The notes under the pieces are model-generated. The model had not been told where the DNA came from. It saw only the letters and a list, made by a program, of their open reading frames with translations, and made no database searches. A DNA stretch of 64,000 bases from Rubripirellula sp. (GTDB taxonomy: Bacteria > Planctomycetota > Planctomycetia > Pirellulales > Pirellulaceae), in contig OZ244207.1 of the NCBI GenBank assembly GCA_965216875.1, positions 1,216,001 through 1,280,000 on the forward strand, read 5' to 3'. The position numbers and the translations under genes are program-made. Below, in pieces: positions 41,359-51,927 of this stretch; position 1 is the first letter of the stretch; each line of letters begins with the position of its first letter.

Positions 41359-43305
41359 TTACGGAAGCTTCAGTCGATAGTGAACGACACCGTCGTTGCC
41401 TACCAACCGAATGTCCGAAATCTCGATTCTCCCGGGGCCGCGCGATGGATCGATCCGTACCGCGACGAGCGGGCTCGTAGTTTCAAACGCAATGGCATAC
41501 TGATGCGGCTTGCCATCGTTCGTGACTTTAAAGGATTGACTGCGGTCGATTTTGAAGGGCCCGCCATCGAGCTGCTGCCAATAGAGTTGACCGCTTCCCG
41601 AACAACGGGAGGTCATCGTGAACTGCAACGTAAAGGATGTTTGATCGATCGGCCTGGGCATTTGGTGGCTGAGGTAGGGATCTTTGCCCGAACTGTTGAC
41701 CTGCAACGCTCCGTTGGACGCCGACAAGGTACACGTGCCTCCAGGTTGCCATCCGGCGACTGCTTTACCACGCGGCTTAGCGCCCGATTTCTTTTGTCCC
41801 CTGGCACCTCCTTTTAAGCTGGCTTTGCCCTCTTGTGAGATGTCGTATTTCGACGAATCAAACCTCGGATTGGGTAGGGGCCGAACTGCGTCGGTCGCGA
41901 CCAGGTGTTCTTCGATCAGGGCGTCGAGATGTTGCACGCGATCGGCGAAGTGGTCAGCAAGATTGTGTTGCTCGCCAATGTCGTCTTTGAGATTGAACAG
42001 CTTGTATCGATGGGCTCCATCGTCACCACCGTGGAAGATGCGGATCAGTTTCCAGTCGCCTTGATGCACGCTGGCCGCCGGGGGTAACCAGTCTGGCACA
42101 CCGGGCGCGTGAGGGAAGTAAGTGAAGATGGCTTTGCGTGTGAGTGGCCGACCTTTCAACGCAGGAACGATGCTGGTGCCATCGAAGGTTTGATTGGGCT
42201 GGGCGTCGATCGACAACATTTCGAGTAGCGTTGGATAAAAATCGCTGCTTTGGATGATCTCATCGCATGTGGAACCTTCATCGATCGATCCTGGTTGTAC
42301 CACGATCGCCGGTCCACGCACGCCTCCTTCGTACATCGTTGCTTTGCCGCCACGAAGTGGTGTGTTACTTGTCGCGGTCCCGCCGTCGACAAGGTTGTAC
42401 ATGTTTCCCCCATTGTCGGACGCAAAGATGATGATGGTGTTGTCAGCGATCTTTAGGCGATCGAGTGTGTCGAGCAGCGTCCCAACGGCATCGTCCATGC
42501 TCTCGATCATCGCCGCATAGGTTGGACTGCGTTGCGGCTGATTGGGATCGATCCGTTTCTTGTATTTGTCGATCAGCGATTGCTTGGCATCAAACGGAGC
42601 ATGAACGCTGAACATCCAATAGTTCAAAAAGAACGATTCGTCTTTGTGTTGTTCCATGAAGGCAACGGCTTCCTTTGCCATCCGGTCTTCGATGTGTTCG
42701 TCAGGAATGTCGGGATCGTGATCAAAGTCCTTGAAACGCCACGGTGCCACATAACTGCCCGCCGGCCCAGGGCCAGGGTGATGGGGGACATCGACATCAA
42801 AGCCGTGCTCGAGTGGTGAATAGGGTTCGGCACCTAGATGCCACTTGCCAAAATGCCCCGTCGCATAGCCGTTGTCCTTGAACATCTCGGCGAGCGTGTA
42901 GTAGCGGGTATCAAGTCGCGTGACCGAAGCTGGTACGGTCGAAAACTTGTTGGGCGGTGCAATGGTTGAGGGGCTAGCTTGTAAAACCACCTTGGGCAGA
43001 TGGCATGTCGGAGAGGTGATGCCGTGACGCGCGGGGCTGAGGCCGGTGAGAAGACTCGCCCGGGTCGGTGAACAGAGCGGGCTCGAGGAATAGGCTCGAC
43101 GGAAAGTCATCCCACGCTTTGCCAGTCGCTCGATATTCGGAGTTTGGTAAAGCGTGGTTGTGCCGTAGAGCGTTGTGTCGCTCCAGCCGAGATCGTCGGC
43201 AAGAATCAAGACGACGTTGGGTTTGTGTTCGTCGGCGACGAGAGGCACGCAGGGAATCGCGGCGACAAACAGAGACAACAACAAAGGTTTTACAAAGTGA
43301 AGCAT
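41359..43305 (-). CDS. sulfatase (arylsulfatase-like)
   Basis: [17 protein letters not shown] formylglycine motif, GKWHLG, SDNGG. Confidence 0.95.
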   Translation of the reverse strand: MLHFVKPLLLSLFVAAIPCVPLVADEHKPNVVLILADDLGWSDTTLYGTTTLYQTPNIERLAKRGMTFRRAYSSSPLCSPTRASLLTGLSPARHGITSPTCHLPKVVLQASPSTIAPPNKFSTVPASVTRLDTRYYTLAEMFKDNGYATGHFGKWHLGAEPYSPLEHGFDVDVPHHPGPGPAGSYVAPWRFKDFDHDPDIPDEHIEDRMAKEAVAFMEQHKDESFFLNYWMFSVHAPFDAKQSLIDKYKKRIDPNQPQRSPTYAAMIESMDDAVGTLLDTLDRLKIADNTIIIFASDNGGNMYNLVDGGTATSNTPLRGGKATMYEGGVRGPAIVVQPGSIDEGSTCDEIIQSSDFYPTLLEMLSIDAQPNQTFDGTSIVPALKGRPLTRKAIFTYFPHAPGVPDWLPPAASVHQGDWKLIRIFHGGDDGAHRYKLFNLKDDIGEQHNLADHFADRVQHLDALIEEHLVATDAVRPLPNPRFDSSKYDISQEGKASLKGGARGQKKSGAKPRGKAVAGWQPGGTCTLSASNGALQVNSSGKDPYLSHQMPRPIDQTSFTLQFTMTSRCSGSGQLYWQQLDGGPFKIDRSQSFKVTNDGKPHQYAIAFETTSPLVAVRIDPSRGPGRIEISDIRLVGNDGVVHYRLKLP

Positions 43306-43534
43306 GGTGCAGAGAGCGTGTGGTGGATGGTAGGGAATCAAGATTGTAGTCCCGAAAACGCCCAGCTGTGTTCAATCGGTGAGCCGCGATCGCGGCAGCG
43401 GCCGGGCCCCTGTTCGAATGATTCCCGTAGCTACGCTCGCCAGAGCGTGGGGCGTCACAGCGTGACCAACCAAAACGATCCACACTGCGCCGCCATAGAT
43501 CTCGACGCACGGAATGTGTCATGCGGAGCATGGC

Positions 43535-44395
43535 CTACTTTTCGATTGGCACGCCGTCTTCCTTGCCCCACTGCGACCAACCGCGAACGTAGACCTTGAC
43601 TTTGGGATATCCAGCGAGCTCTAGAGCGAAAGCCTCGACCGAGGCTCGACCACCCGACTGTCAGTAACAGACCGTGGTCTGTTCGGGCTCAATCCGGTAT
43701 TCGCGAAAGAGTGCGTCGAGCTGTTTGCGAGACTTGAATCGGCCGTCGTCGGCAATCAAGTGCGTCCACTCAAGGTGAGTCGACTTGGGCACACGCCCCG
43801 CTTTGAATTCGCCATCACTGCGAGTGTCGACGACATGGAATTCATCACTCGTGTGCGATGCGTTGACTTCATCCAAATCGGCGACACGATCCGTTTGGAA
43901 TTCGACGACAAATTCGGTCGCTGCAACGGTTGGGGTTTTCGGTTCGATTCGTAGGTTCGCCTTGGTCCAATGATCCCAGCCACCATCGAGCAGTGCGACG
44001 TTCTTGACACCGACGTATTTCAGTAGCCACCAGATGCGCGCCGAGTTTGAGATGTTGTCGCCATAAACCACGACGCGACTGGTGGAGGTCACGCCAATTT
44101 CACCAACAAGTTTGGACCAATTTGCCGAATCGTTGAGCCCGTTTGGAGAAGTTGCCAAGCCTTTCCAGACGCCGATGTCAACTCGATGGGCACCAGGGAC
44201 ATGCCCCTCGCGGTAGTTATCCTCACTACGAACATCGAGCACAACCAAGTCGCCCGAACCGAGTGACTGAGAAAGTTGCTGAACCGATACGAGCATTTTT
44301 CCTCGGTCTTGTGAAGGTGCTTGCGCAAACGTCAGCCCCTGGGTGAAGAGCAAAGTCACAGCGGCAAAGGGAAAAAGTAGTTGATGTGGATTCAT
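43535..44395 (-). CDS. secreted two-domain rhodanese/sulfurtransferase with in-frame UGA at the catalytic position (probable selenoprotein)
   Basis: frame continues VCY-TGA-QSGGRASVEAFALELAGYPKVKVYVRGWSQW...IEK-TAG; GHVPGA and LLDGGW motifs. Confidence 0.8.
43631..43646 (-). promoter_or_regulatory. candidate bacterial SECIS hairpin
   Basis: AGCCUC-GGUC-GAGGCU stem-loop starting 14 nt after the UGA at 43661-43663. Confidence 0.6.
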
Positions 44396-44817
44396 GTCGA
44401 AGCCGGAGTTCGTTGGGCGTTCCGATGGGATGATCTCTGTCGCACCACACGTTTCCATTGGAGTTTGGGCTTGCTGAAGTTTATCAACATCCCGAGCGTC
44501 AGACCGGTGACTTTGAGATAATTGAGCATCTTTCCAATGTCTTGGTCGCCGATCGTTTTGATCGTCTTCGTGTCTACAACGATGGCGTCAAAACAGATCA
44601 GGTCAGGGATGAAGTCGCCGACCTTCACGGACTTGTATTCGACAGGGTAGTGTTGCTGTTGGACGTGACGGACATTTCGGAGCCCAAACTCGACAACGAG
44701 AGCGTTCTCGTAGATCTTTTCGTGGAAGCCGTGCCCGAGTTCGTTCAGCACCTCCATCGAACTTCCGATGATCTGGTGCGTTTCGTTGCGATAGAGTTCC
44801 TCTTGATCAGCCATCAT
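44392..44817 (-). CDS. GxxExxY family protein
   Basis: LGHGFHEKIYENAL, QQ..PVEYK, PDLI, NYLKVTG..GMLINF. Confidence 0.92.
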   Translation of the reverse strand: MMADQEELYRNETHQIIGSSMEVLNELGHGFHEKIYENALVVEFGLRNVRHVQQQHYPVEYKSVKVGDFIPDLICFDAIVVDTKTIKTIGDQDIGKMLNYLKVTGLTLGMLINFSKPKLQWKRVVRQRSSHRNAQRTPAST

Positions 44818-44950
44818 TGCCCCTTTGAGTAGCTGGTTCGCAGATGCGGCCAAGACCGCGTTCACCTGAATTGTAGCCGGACATTGCAGCGTCGTTAGAC
44901 GCACGGCTCGAGGACTTGTCTTTGCCCGCAGGTAGGACCAGTGGTGGTGG

Positions 44951-45790
44951 ACCGCAGATGGACGCAAATGAACGCAGATGAATGCGATGCCGAGGGGGAG
45001 TGAATCGAGCAAGGAGGTCGATAAGAGGATCGCCGTTCGCACCCTTCTTGGCAGTTTTTTTGACACCATCTGCGTGTATCTGAGTTCATTTGCGGTCTGG
45101 TGTCTCGTTAGACGGACAGGTGTTCAACCGCAGATAGACGCAAATGAACGCAGATAAAATGCGAAGCCGAGAGGGAGTGAATCGAGCAAGGAATTCGATG
45201 AAAGGATCGCCGTTCGCACCCTTCTTGACAGTTTTTTTGACACCATCTGCGTGTATCTGAGTTCATTTGCGGTCTGGTGTCTCGTTAGACGGACAGGTGT
45301 TCAACCGCAGATAGACGCAAATGAACGCAGATAAAATGCGAAGCCGAGAGGGAGTGAATCGAGCAAGGAATTCGATGAAAGGATCGTCGTTCGCGTCCTT
45401 CTTGGCAGTTTCTTTGACACCATCTGCGTGCATCTGAGTTCATCTGCGGTCTGGTGTCTCGTTGGAGCGAAGGTCGGTGGACCGCAGATAGACGCAGATT
45501 AACGCAGATGAATGTGAAGCCGAGAGGGAGTGAATCGAGCAAGGAATTCGATGAAACGATCGCCGTTCGTGCCCTTATTGGTAGTTTTTTGACACCATCT
45601 GCGTGCATCTGAGTTCATCTGCGGTCCCGGTGTCTCGTTAGACCGACAGTTGGTGAACCGCAGATGGACGCAAATGGATGCGATGCCGAGAGGAATTGAA
45701 TCGAACCAAGAGATCGAGAGCAAACGCATTTCATGTTCTCATTCTTGAATCATTCGATTTGATCTGCGTCTATCTGAGTTCATCAGCGGT
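44951..45790. repeat. tandem array of five ~177-bp palindromic units
   Basis: units start at 44951, 45127, 45304, 45481 and 45657; arms accgcagat(g/a)gacgca.. and ..atctgagttcat(c/t)tgcggt. Confidence 0.95.
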
Positions 45791-45838
45791 CGCACTTCTC
45801 GCCAGTTCATCAGTCCAGCTCCCTGCAAGTGACTGACT

Positions 45839-47329
45839 CTATTTTGCAGAAGGTGTTGGCTTTTTTCTGGGGCGCTTCCGAGGCGCTGGGACGGGCGGTC
45901 TGGTTGGGAGGGCATCGAGCGGGTCGAAGAACCTCATGTTTGTGCCAACCCTGTCGTAATCGCCCAGGTCTTCACGCATCGATTCGGCAAGCCCCAGTAA
46001 TCTTGAAACCACTTGCGGGTTGTCTTTGGCCACGTTGGTCGTCTCACCGAGGTCGTTATGAAGGTCGACTAGAAACGGTTTTGCAAAACCAACACGGTCC
46101 GCGGGAGCAATGTGCGTGTTCCGGCTGAAGGGGGCGGCTCCCTTCGGCTCCTTTTCTCTTGGTAGATGCAATTTCCATTTCCCCTGACGAACGGCTTGCA
46201 AATGCACGCGAAGGTAATAGAAGTAAGCCTTGTCTGCGTCGGCCTTCTCGAACTCGCCGTGGAAAAGGTGGCGAATGTCGTCGCCGTCAATCGTTCGATC
46301 GGCCGGCACGTCAGCGCCAGCAAGTCCTGCGAACGTTGGCAGGATGTCCATCGTCGTGGCAATCGATTCGCATGTCGTCTTTGCAGGGACACGACCGGGC
46401 GCCCATAGGATCGTGGGCACACGCACGCCACCTTCAAAGGTCGATACCTTGCCGCTTCGAAGCGGGCCCGCCGATCCGCCATGGTCGGTAGGCAAGTGGC
46501 CGTCCTTGTGGTTTTTGTTCTTGATCAACCATGGGCCGTTGTCACTGGTGAACAGCACGTACGTGTTCTCAGACAACTCGAGTTCGTTGAGCGTATCGAG
46601 GATTCTGCCCACGTTGTGGTCGATCTCTTCAATGACGTCGCCGTAGAGACCACGCTTGCTCTTGCCTTTGAATTTCGCCGAAGCATCCAGACGCGTGTGT
46701 GGCATCGTGTGCGGGATGTAGACGAAGAACGGTGCTTGCTGGTTCTTCTTGATGAAGGCGATCGCTTCATCGGTGTAGCGCTCCGTCAATGTTGCCATGT
46801 TTGCGGCAGGTTCGATCAGCTCTTCGTTTCGGTAGAGATTGGCCAGTCGATCGTTGCTGGTGGGGGTGCCGAAGAAGTAGTCAAATCCTTGACGGGTAGG
46901 AAACAGATCGATGAAGAATCCTGATTGAGCATGTTTGGCCAAGTCCCATTTCCCGAAGCAGGCCGTTGCATACCCTTGCGTTTTGAGGACTTCGGCGACC
47001 GTGATTTCATCTTCGTGCAGGACGGGATGAATCTGTTTGGTGTGCCCACGTTCCGCCACACGCATCGGATAGCAACCTGTCATCAGCGCCGCTCGCGACG
47101 GCCCACAAACTGGCTGAGCATAGAAGCTCGTGAACTTCATGCCTTGTCTTGCCATCGCATCGAGTCGCGGCGTGCGAATGTCGGGCGAGCCGAAGCAACC
47201 GACGTCTTGGTACCCTTGGTCATCGGTGAAGATAATGACGAAGTTGGGCTTTTCGGCAGCAACGCAATCGTTAGTTATCGGAATGCCGACAAGAGCGAGG
47301 ACGATCCATGACGCGAGTGAGCGATTCAT
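45839..47329 (-). CDS. sulfatase
   Basis: PNFVIIFTDDQG, CGPSR motif, SDNGPW. Confidence 0.95.
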   Translation of the reverse strand: MNRSLASWIVLALVGIPITNDCVAAEKPNFVIIFTDDQGYQDVGCFGSPDIRTPRLDAMARQGMKFTSFYAQPVCGPSRAALMTGCYPMRVAERGHTKQIHPVLHEDEITVAEVLKTQGYATACFGKWDLAKHAQSGFFIDLFPTRQGFDYFFGTPTSNDRLANLYRNEELIEPAANMATLTERYTDEAIAFIKKNQQAPFFVYIPHTMPHTRLDASAKFKGKSKRGLYGDVIEEIDHNVGRILDTLNELELSENTYVLFTSDNGPWLIKNKNHKDGHLPTDHGGSAGPLRSGKVSTFEGGVRVPTILWAPGRVPAKTTCESIATTMDILPTFAGLAGADVPADRTIDGDDIRHLFHGEFEKADADKAYFYYLRVHLQAVRQGKWKLHLPREKEPKGAAPFSRNTHIAPADRVGFAKPFLVDLHNDLGETTNVAKDNPQVVSRLLGLAESMREDLGDYDRVGTNMRFFDPLDALPTRPPVPAPRKRPRKKPTPSAK

Positions 47330-48361
47330 CTAATTGCCTGCGAGTTTTAGTTTTCCAACTTGAACGGCAGCACCCATGTTGGCGATCCCGGGACCAACAT
47401 AGTCTTTTCCGAACGGCAGGATCATCGGTTCCTCGTAGGGCCGATGCGGCACCATCGCAGCAAGCTCGTCGAGGCGAGCGAGGAGATCTTGCGGCAACGG
47501 GCCTTTTTCGACGGCTGCAACGCTTGCTTCGAGGTGTTCAACCGTTTTGCAGCCGATCGGGATGGTTGAAACCGCGGGATTCGACAGCGCGAATCGGAGG
47601 CACATTTCGTAAGCTGGCATCCCACTCTGGTCGAGCAGATCGTAATAGCCGAGCAGTTGTTTTCGTCGTGATTCAGCAAGCCAAATCGGTTTCGCGCGGA
47701 CCTCGTCGTCGGCGCGGCGAGTGAGAAAACCCTGTCCAAAGGCCGATCCGAGGACGATCCCCATGTCTCGTTCGACGGCAGCAGGGATCACAGTCGCAGC
47801 AGCTTCGCGAAAGAGCACGTTGTAGTTGAAGGCGGTCAACACAACGTCAAACAGATCGCTCTGGACCAACGAGGTCATCTCGGTAACGGTGGTTCCAGCC
47901 AATCCGGTGTAGCGGATTTTGCCCTCTGTTTTCAGTTCGGACATGAGCTCCAATGCTGGACCGCCAAGCGGATCGTAGCTCGTCCACCACGGGTACTGTT
48001 GAGGTCGGTCAGGTTCGTGGACCATCAGGATGTCGATGTGATCGCGTCCAAGTAGCCGCAGACTTTCATCCACGGATTGACGTAGGCCGTCGATGTCCTG
48101 GGGGTCGAAGGGCTGAGGGCGTCCGCCGAGTTTGGTTGTAATGATCAACGGAGCATCGAGACCTTTGATCGCCTCGCCAACTGTTTTTTCGCTGTCGGCA
48201 TAGGCCGGAGCGGTATCAATCGCGTTGATCCCCAGCTCAATTGCCTTTCGCATGATGCGACTGGTTTCGCGAGTGCCTCCAGCGAGCGAGGAGGTGTAGA
48301 GACCGCCGATGGAAAGGAGACTGATATCGAGGTTCGTCCGGCCAAGTCGTCTTGTTTCCAT
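47330..48361 (-). CDS. aldo/keto reductase
   Basis: RRLGRTNL, GINAIDTAPAY, TKLG, SLRLLGRDHIDILMVH. Confidence 0.92.
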   Translation of the reverse strand: METRRLGRTNLDISLLSIGGLYTSSLAGGTRETSRIMRKAIELGINAIDTAPAYADSEKTVGEAIKGLDAPLIITTKLGGRPQPFDPQDIDGLRQSVDESLRLLGRDHIDILMVHEPDRPQQYPWWTSYDPLGGPALELMSELKTEGKIRYTGLAGTTVTEMTSLVQSDLFDVVLTAFNYNVLFREAAATVIPAAVERDMGIVLGSAFGQGFLTRRADDEVRAKPIWLAESRRKQLLGYYDLLDQSGMPAYEMCLRFALSNPAVSTIPIGCKTVEHLEASVAAVEKGPLPQDLLARLDELAAMVPHRPYEEPMILPFGKDYVGPGIANMGAAVQVGKLKLAGN

Positions 48362-48663
48362 CGTTCCCTGTCCCTTTCCGAGCGTCGAACCGCAGCCAGC
48401 TCATAGCCACAGCGGCATTGATGTTGGAGCCAGCCCTATTGTTGCCGCTGCAGCTGGCATGTCGAGAATAGAATGCGACATGGCATTAATGGTTTGCGAC
48501 ACAACGGCAAACGCATTGCCACGCGAACGCAGCGGTACGGTTTGGCCGCAGGTGTTCGGAAGCGTTACACTCGGCTAGAGAAAGCTGGCGAACGATCGTC
48601 GGCGAACCAGCAAAACAAGGATGACGCCGCCCGTCATCTGGCAAAAGCAAGGCGACGATCAGC

Positions 48664-49422
48664 ATGAAGTTGGCGTGTATCCATTCCAGTTCCGACCGAG
48701 CGAAGACCACCTACGAGCAGCTCTCGCGAAAGATCGATTTTGTCGATGCGAACGAGGCTGATGTGATCCTCGCCTTGGGCGGTGATGGACTGATGCTGCA
48801 TGCGTTGCACAAGTTCCTCGATTTGGACACGCCGATTTATGGGCTCAACTGCGGGACAGTTGGCTTCTTGATGAATCAGCAAAGCGAGGAAGACCTCGTC
48901 GAGCGAGTTCGTGCGGCGGAGGCTTCGTCTCTGTTTCCACTGCGAACGGAAGTGACGACCGTGAGCGGCGAAACTCACGAACAACTTGCGTTCAATGAGG
49001 TTTCGGTCATACGCCATAGTGGTCAAACGGCGAACCTTCGCCTCGCAATCAATGGTGTCCAACGCATGGAAAAACTTGCATGTGATGGGCTGTTGGTGGC
49101 GACCCCGATGGGCAGCACGGCCTACAACCTGTCGGCTCACGGCCCGATCATTCCGTTGGGATCGAATGTCCTCGCGCTCACGCCGGTAAGTCCCTTTCGG
49201 CCGCGACGTTGGCGCGGCGCGTTGTTGCCTTGCACGTCTGTGGTTGAGTTGACGAACCTCGACCCCGCAAAACGCCCACTCGGGGCTTCCGCTGACTTTC
49301 ATGAAGTCCGCGACGTCGTCTCCCTAAGTGTTCGGCAAGACCGTTCCAGGCCATTTCACATCCTGTTCGACCCCAATCAATCGCTGGAAGAACGGATCTT
49401 TCGAGAACAGTTTGCCCACTGA
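48664..49422 (+). CDS. nadK: NAD kinase
   Basis: LGGDG, GTVGFL, AFNE, DGLLVATPMGSTAYNLSAHGP. Confidence 0.95.
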   Translation: MKLACIHSSSDRAKTTYEQLSRKIDFVDANEADVILALGGDGLMLHALHKFLDLDTPIYGLNCGTVGFLMNQQSEEDLVERVRAAEASSLFPLRTEVTTVSGETHEQLAFNEVSVIRHSGQTANLRLAINGVQRMEKLACDGLLVATPMGSTAYNLSAHGPIIPLGSNVLALTPVSPFRPRRWRGALLPCTSVVELTNLDPAKRPLGASADFHEVRDVVSLSVRQDRSRPFHILFDPNQSLEERIFREQFAH

Positions 49423-49473
49423 GATTCTGCATGGGCAATGTCGTGACGGATCTGGTTCCTCAACGAATGATGG

Positions 49474-50994
49474 TTACTCGATCAACTCGGGATCACCTGG
49501 TTGCCAGGTTTTGTCGAACCAGGGCGGGAGCGGGCCGTAGACGCGCCAGAGCATGTTCCACCCTTTACCCGGAATCGTTTGCACCCAGTTGTTCTCTTTT
49601 CCTTCTGGGGCCTCGGGGCCAAAGTAGATGTCCCAAGAGCCATCGGCGTTCTGGATCATGCCAGGTTTGTTGTTGTCGATGCCCGGAAACCGCTCGTCGG
49701 TCTGCAACATCGATCGCGTCTGGTTGTCGTACAAAGTGAACGACCAGAAATCTTTGGCTGGAGGCTTCGGGGGTACGTGCACTTTGTAGGTCTTACTGCC
49801 GTCGAGGAAGTCCCCCTCGGCATCGGTGTAGGCGATGGCGTACTTTGACCCTTTGCCAATGATCTTGAACGTCATGGCGGGCGTGATTCCGGTCGCATAA
49901 AAGTGGAAGCCGGCCCGTGCGTCCAGCTGCATCGCGCCATCGACGAGGAACTCGTGATTGCCCTTGGTCGCTTCGAAAGGATTTGTCCAAACCTTACTCT
50001 TGCCTGGATACAAGTAGAACTCTTGATTGCGCGGCTTGGAGATGATCGTGCGAACGGCAACCGCGCCAACGTCAGCAGCTTCCGAGAGGATTTCCTTCAT
50101 CCGTGCGTCGGGCGCAAACTTCTTTCCCTTTTTGATCCCGATGGCGGAAAGCGTGCCCAGGATTTCAGGGTTTTGCCCGTCGCTCGGTTCAAGCTGGACG
50201 ACCTCATTGATCTCGTTGAAGATTTCGAAATCCATCCGGTGGATGGTGTTGAAGGATTCACCGGAAACGTTCACAAAGTTCATCTTCGGTGGATTGTTCT
50301 TTTGCGAAAGTGGATAGACGCGGACGAGTTTCTTTGTCGTCTCGACCGCTGGCTTGGTCGAACCGTCGACCTGGAAGCCTCGCCAGATCACCCAGTTGCC
50401 ATAGGTATTGCTCTTGGCCACGAGATAGCCTTCGGGAACATCCCCTTCGTAGCCCGGAGGAAGAATCAGAAACTTGCCGCCCTTGTTTTTGTCGGGCCCC
50501 AATCGACCGAAGTCGGTGACGTATTTGAACCAGTGGTCATCGATAATGCCGAGCACGTCGGGCGGCGTTTCGACGACCATCGGTTCGCCCGGCTTCATCT
50601 CGAGCCAAAGCATCATGTAGACGCTTGTTGTGTTTGCGGTCAGGAACAACGCCTTTGAGTCCATCAGTTCCTCGAAAACGAGCGCTGTCTGATTTGGCGG
50701 CCCGAACTCGAGCAGCCCCCTACGAATAGCGCTCATCGACGCGATTTGAATGCCGTTGAGGTAGGCTTGGACGCCGTTGTGGAAATCCAAATAGTCGTAG
50801 ATGTTCTCGATGGAGTCCGGATCGGGAATGCCGTCCTTGAGAGCAAAGTTTCCGACGCGGGTTTCGACTTTGTCCGCAGTAGCGATTCCTTCCGGAATCT
50901 CAGTCGTCATCTTCAGTTTCGGTGGTTCTGCGGCCACCGCATTGCCGGCTACCAGCACGACGGCCAGGGCTCCCATTGTCATCATGCGTTTCAT
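49474..50994 (-). CDS. DUF1254/DUF1214 secreted protein
   Basis: LTANTTSVY, GPDKNKGGKFLILPP, FWSFTLYD, NADGSWDIYFGP. Confidence 0.9.
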   Translation of the reverse strand: MKRMMTMGALAVVLVAGNAVAAEPPKLKMTTEIPEGIATADKVETRVGNFALKDGIPDPDSIENIYDYLDFHNGVQAYLNGIQIASMSAIRRGLLEFGPPNQTALVFEELMDSKALFLTANTTSVYMMLWLEMKPGEPMVVETPPDVLGIIDDHWFKYVTDFGRLGPDKNKGGKFLILPPGYEGDVPEGYLVAKSNTYGNWVIWRGFQVDGSTKPAVETTKKLVRVYPLSQKNNPPKMNFVNVSGESFNTIHRMDFEIFNEINEVVQLEPSDGQNPEILGTLSAIGIKKGKKFAPDARMKEILSEAADVGAVAVRTIISKPRNQEFYLYPGKSKVWTNPFEATKGNHEFLVDGAMQLDARAGFHFYATGITPAMTFKIIGKGSKYAIAYTDAEGDFLDGSKTYKVHVPPKPPAKDFWSFTLYDNQTRSMLQTDERFPGIDNNKPGMIQNADGSWDIYFGPEAPEGKENNWVQTIPGKGWNMLWRVYGPLPPWFDKTWQPGDPELIE

Positions 50995-51146
50995 CTCAGT
51001 TCTCCCTGGAGGTCGTGTTTTGGGTGTTGGCTGGCTGGTTGATGTTTCGGATGAGATTCACTGTCTCTCTGCAAACAATCATAGACAGAAGTTCAAGGCC
51101 AGCGTCACTTTCGAGGCATCGAGCCTGCAGGCCAAACACAAACAAA

Positions 51147-51181
51147 AAAAGGCTGCTCGCAGTTGATGCAAGCAGCCTTTT
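51147..51181 (-). terminator. tmRNA terminator
   Basis: aaaaggctgct..agcagcctttt hairpin with an A run. Confidence 0.8.
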
Positions 51182-51186
51182 GAAGA

Positions 51187-51560
51187 TGGAGGCGGCGGGA
51201 ATCGAACCCGCGTCCCGCGATGCGTCCACGATGGCGTCTACGTGTGTAGTCGAGCTATTTTGGCTTCCGAGGAAACCGATTCACTCACCACGGCGCTGCC
51301 CGACAGGCTCCGCCGCTCGCTAACTCGAATCTTGGTTTAGCCGGCCGCGTCTCGAGTAGGACGGTCGACGATCCAGAATTGCGACGGACATTCAGGCGAC
51401 TCTGGCGATCCCCATCAGTCCGGGCTACCTGTTCTTAGGCGGCCAGCTGAAGATTTTCATCTGCAACTAAAAGTTTCGATCAGATTTTTACGTGGCCTTC
51501 TGATCAACCACGACACGCAACCATCGCTTCATGTCATCCGGTCGAATCCAGATCGCCCCC
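51187..51560 (-). ncRNA. ssrA: tmRNA; tag peptide ADENLQLAA* at 51435-51464
   Basis: GGGGGCG..GGATTCGAC 5' end, GGGTTCGATTCCC..CGCCTCCA 3' end with a G3-U pair, tag ending LAA. Confidence 0.96.
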
Positions 51561-51927
51561 GGATTCAACGGCCTGCCTTCGTCACAAACGCTTCAGTTTG
51601 AAACGCTTCGGTCGAAAGCTTATGGCGATGTTGAGTTCCCATTTTCTCGGCAAAACAGACACGCTTTGCCCACAAAATGTTCACTCCTATCTTAGGCAGC
51701 CACCCAACCCCGGTAAATGCCCAAGAATTCGAGTCGCATCGGCCTGGGCGGACCGGTTGCCAGGGAGCGGGGAAGTGCCCGCGGCCTCACGGCCAGCGGC
51801 TCACGACCGTATTGGGTGTTTGTCGCACGAATGGTTGGCCATCCTGCCGATTGGCCATCTGGCCGGTGGAGCCGAATCGGTTACAACGTCTGACGAAATC
51901 CAATATGCCGCGACAACTGCCCGCCCA

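Noticed and set aside
43661..44458. truncated rhodanese pseudogene as given by the ORF track
   Set aside because: The downstream frame is intact and the stop sits exactly on the catalytic residue; readthrough is the better explanation, though unproven.
44951..45790. CRISPR array
   Set aside because: Units are ~177 bp and the intervening sequences are near-identical rather than unique spacers; no cas genes are present in the window.
51187..51215. island integrated at the tmRNA 3' end
   Set aside because: The terminator directly follows ssrA, there is no adjacent integrase, and I saw no duplicate of the 3' end in the window.
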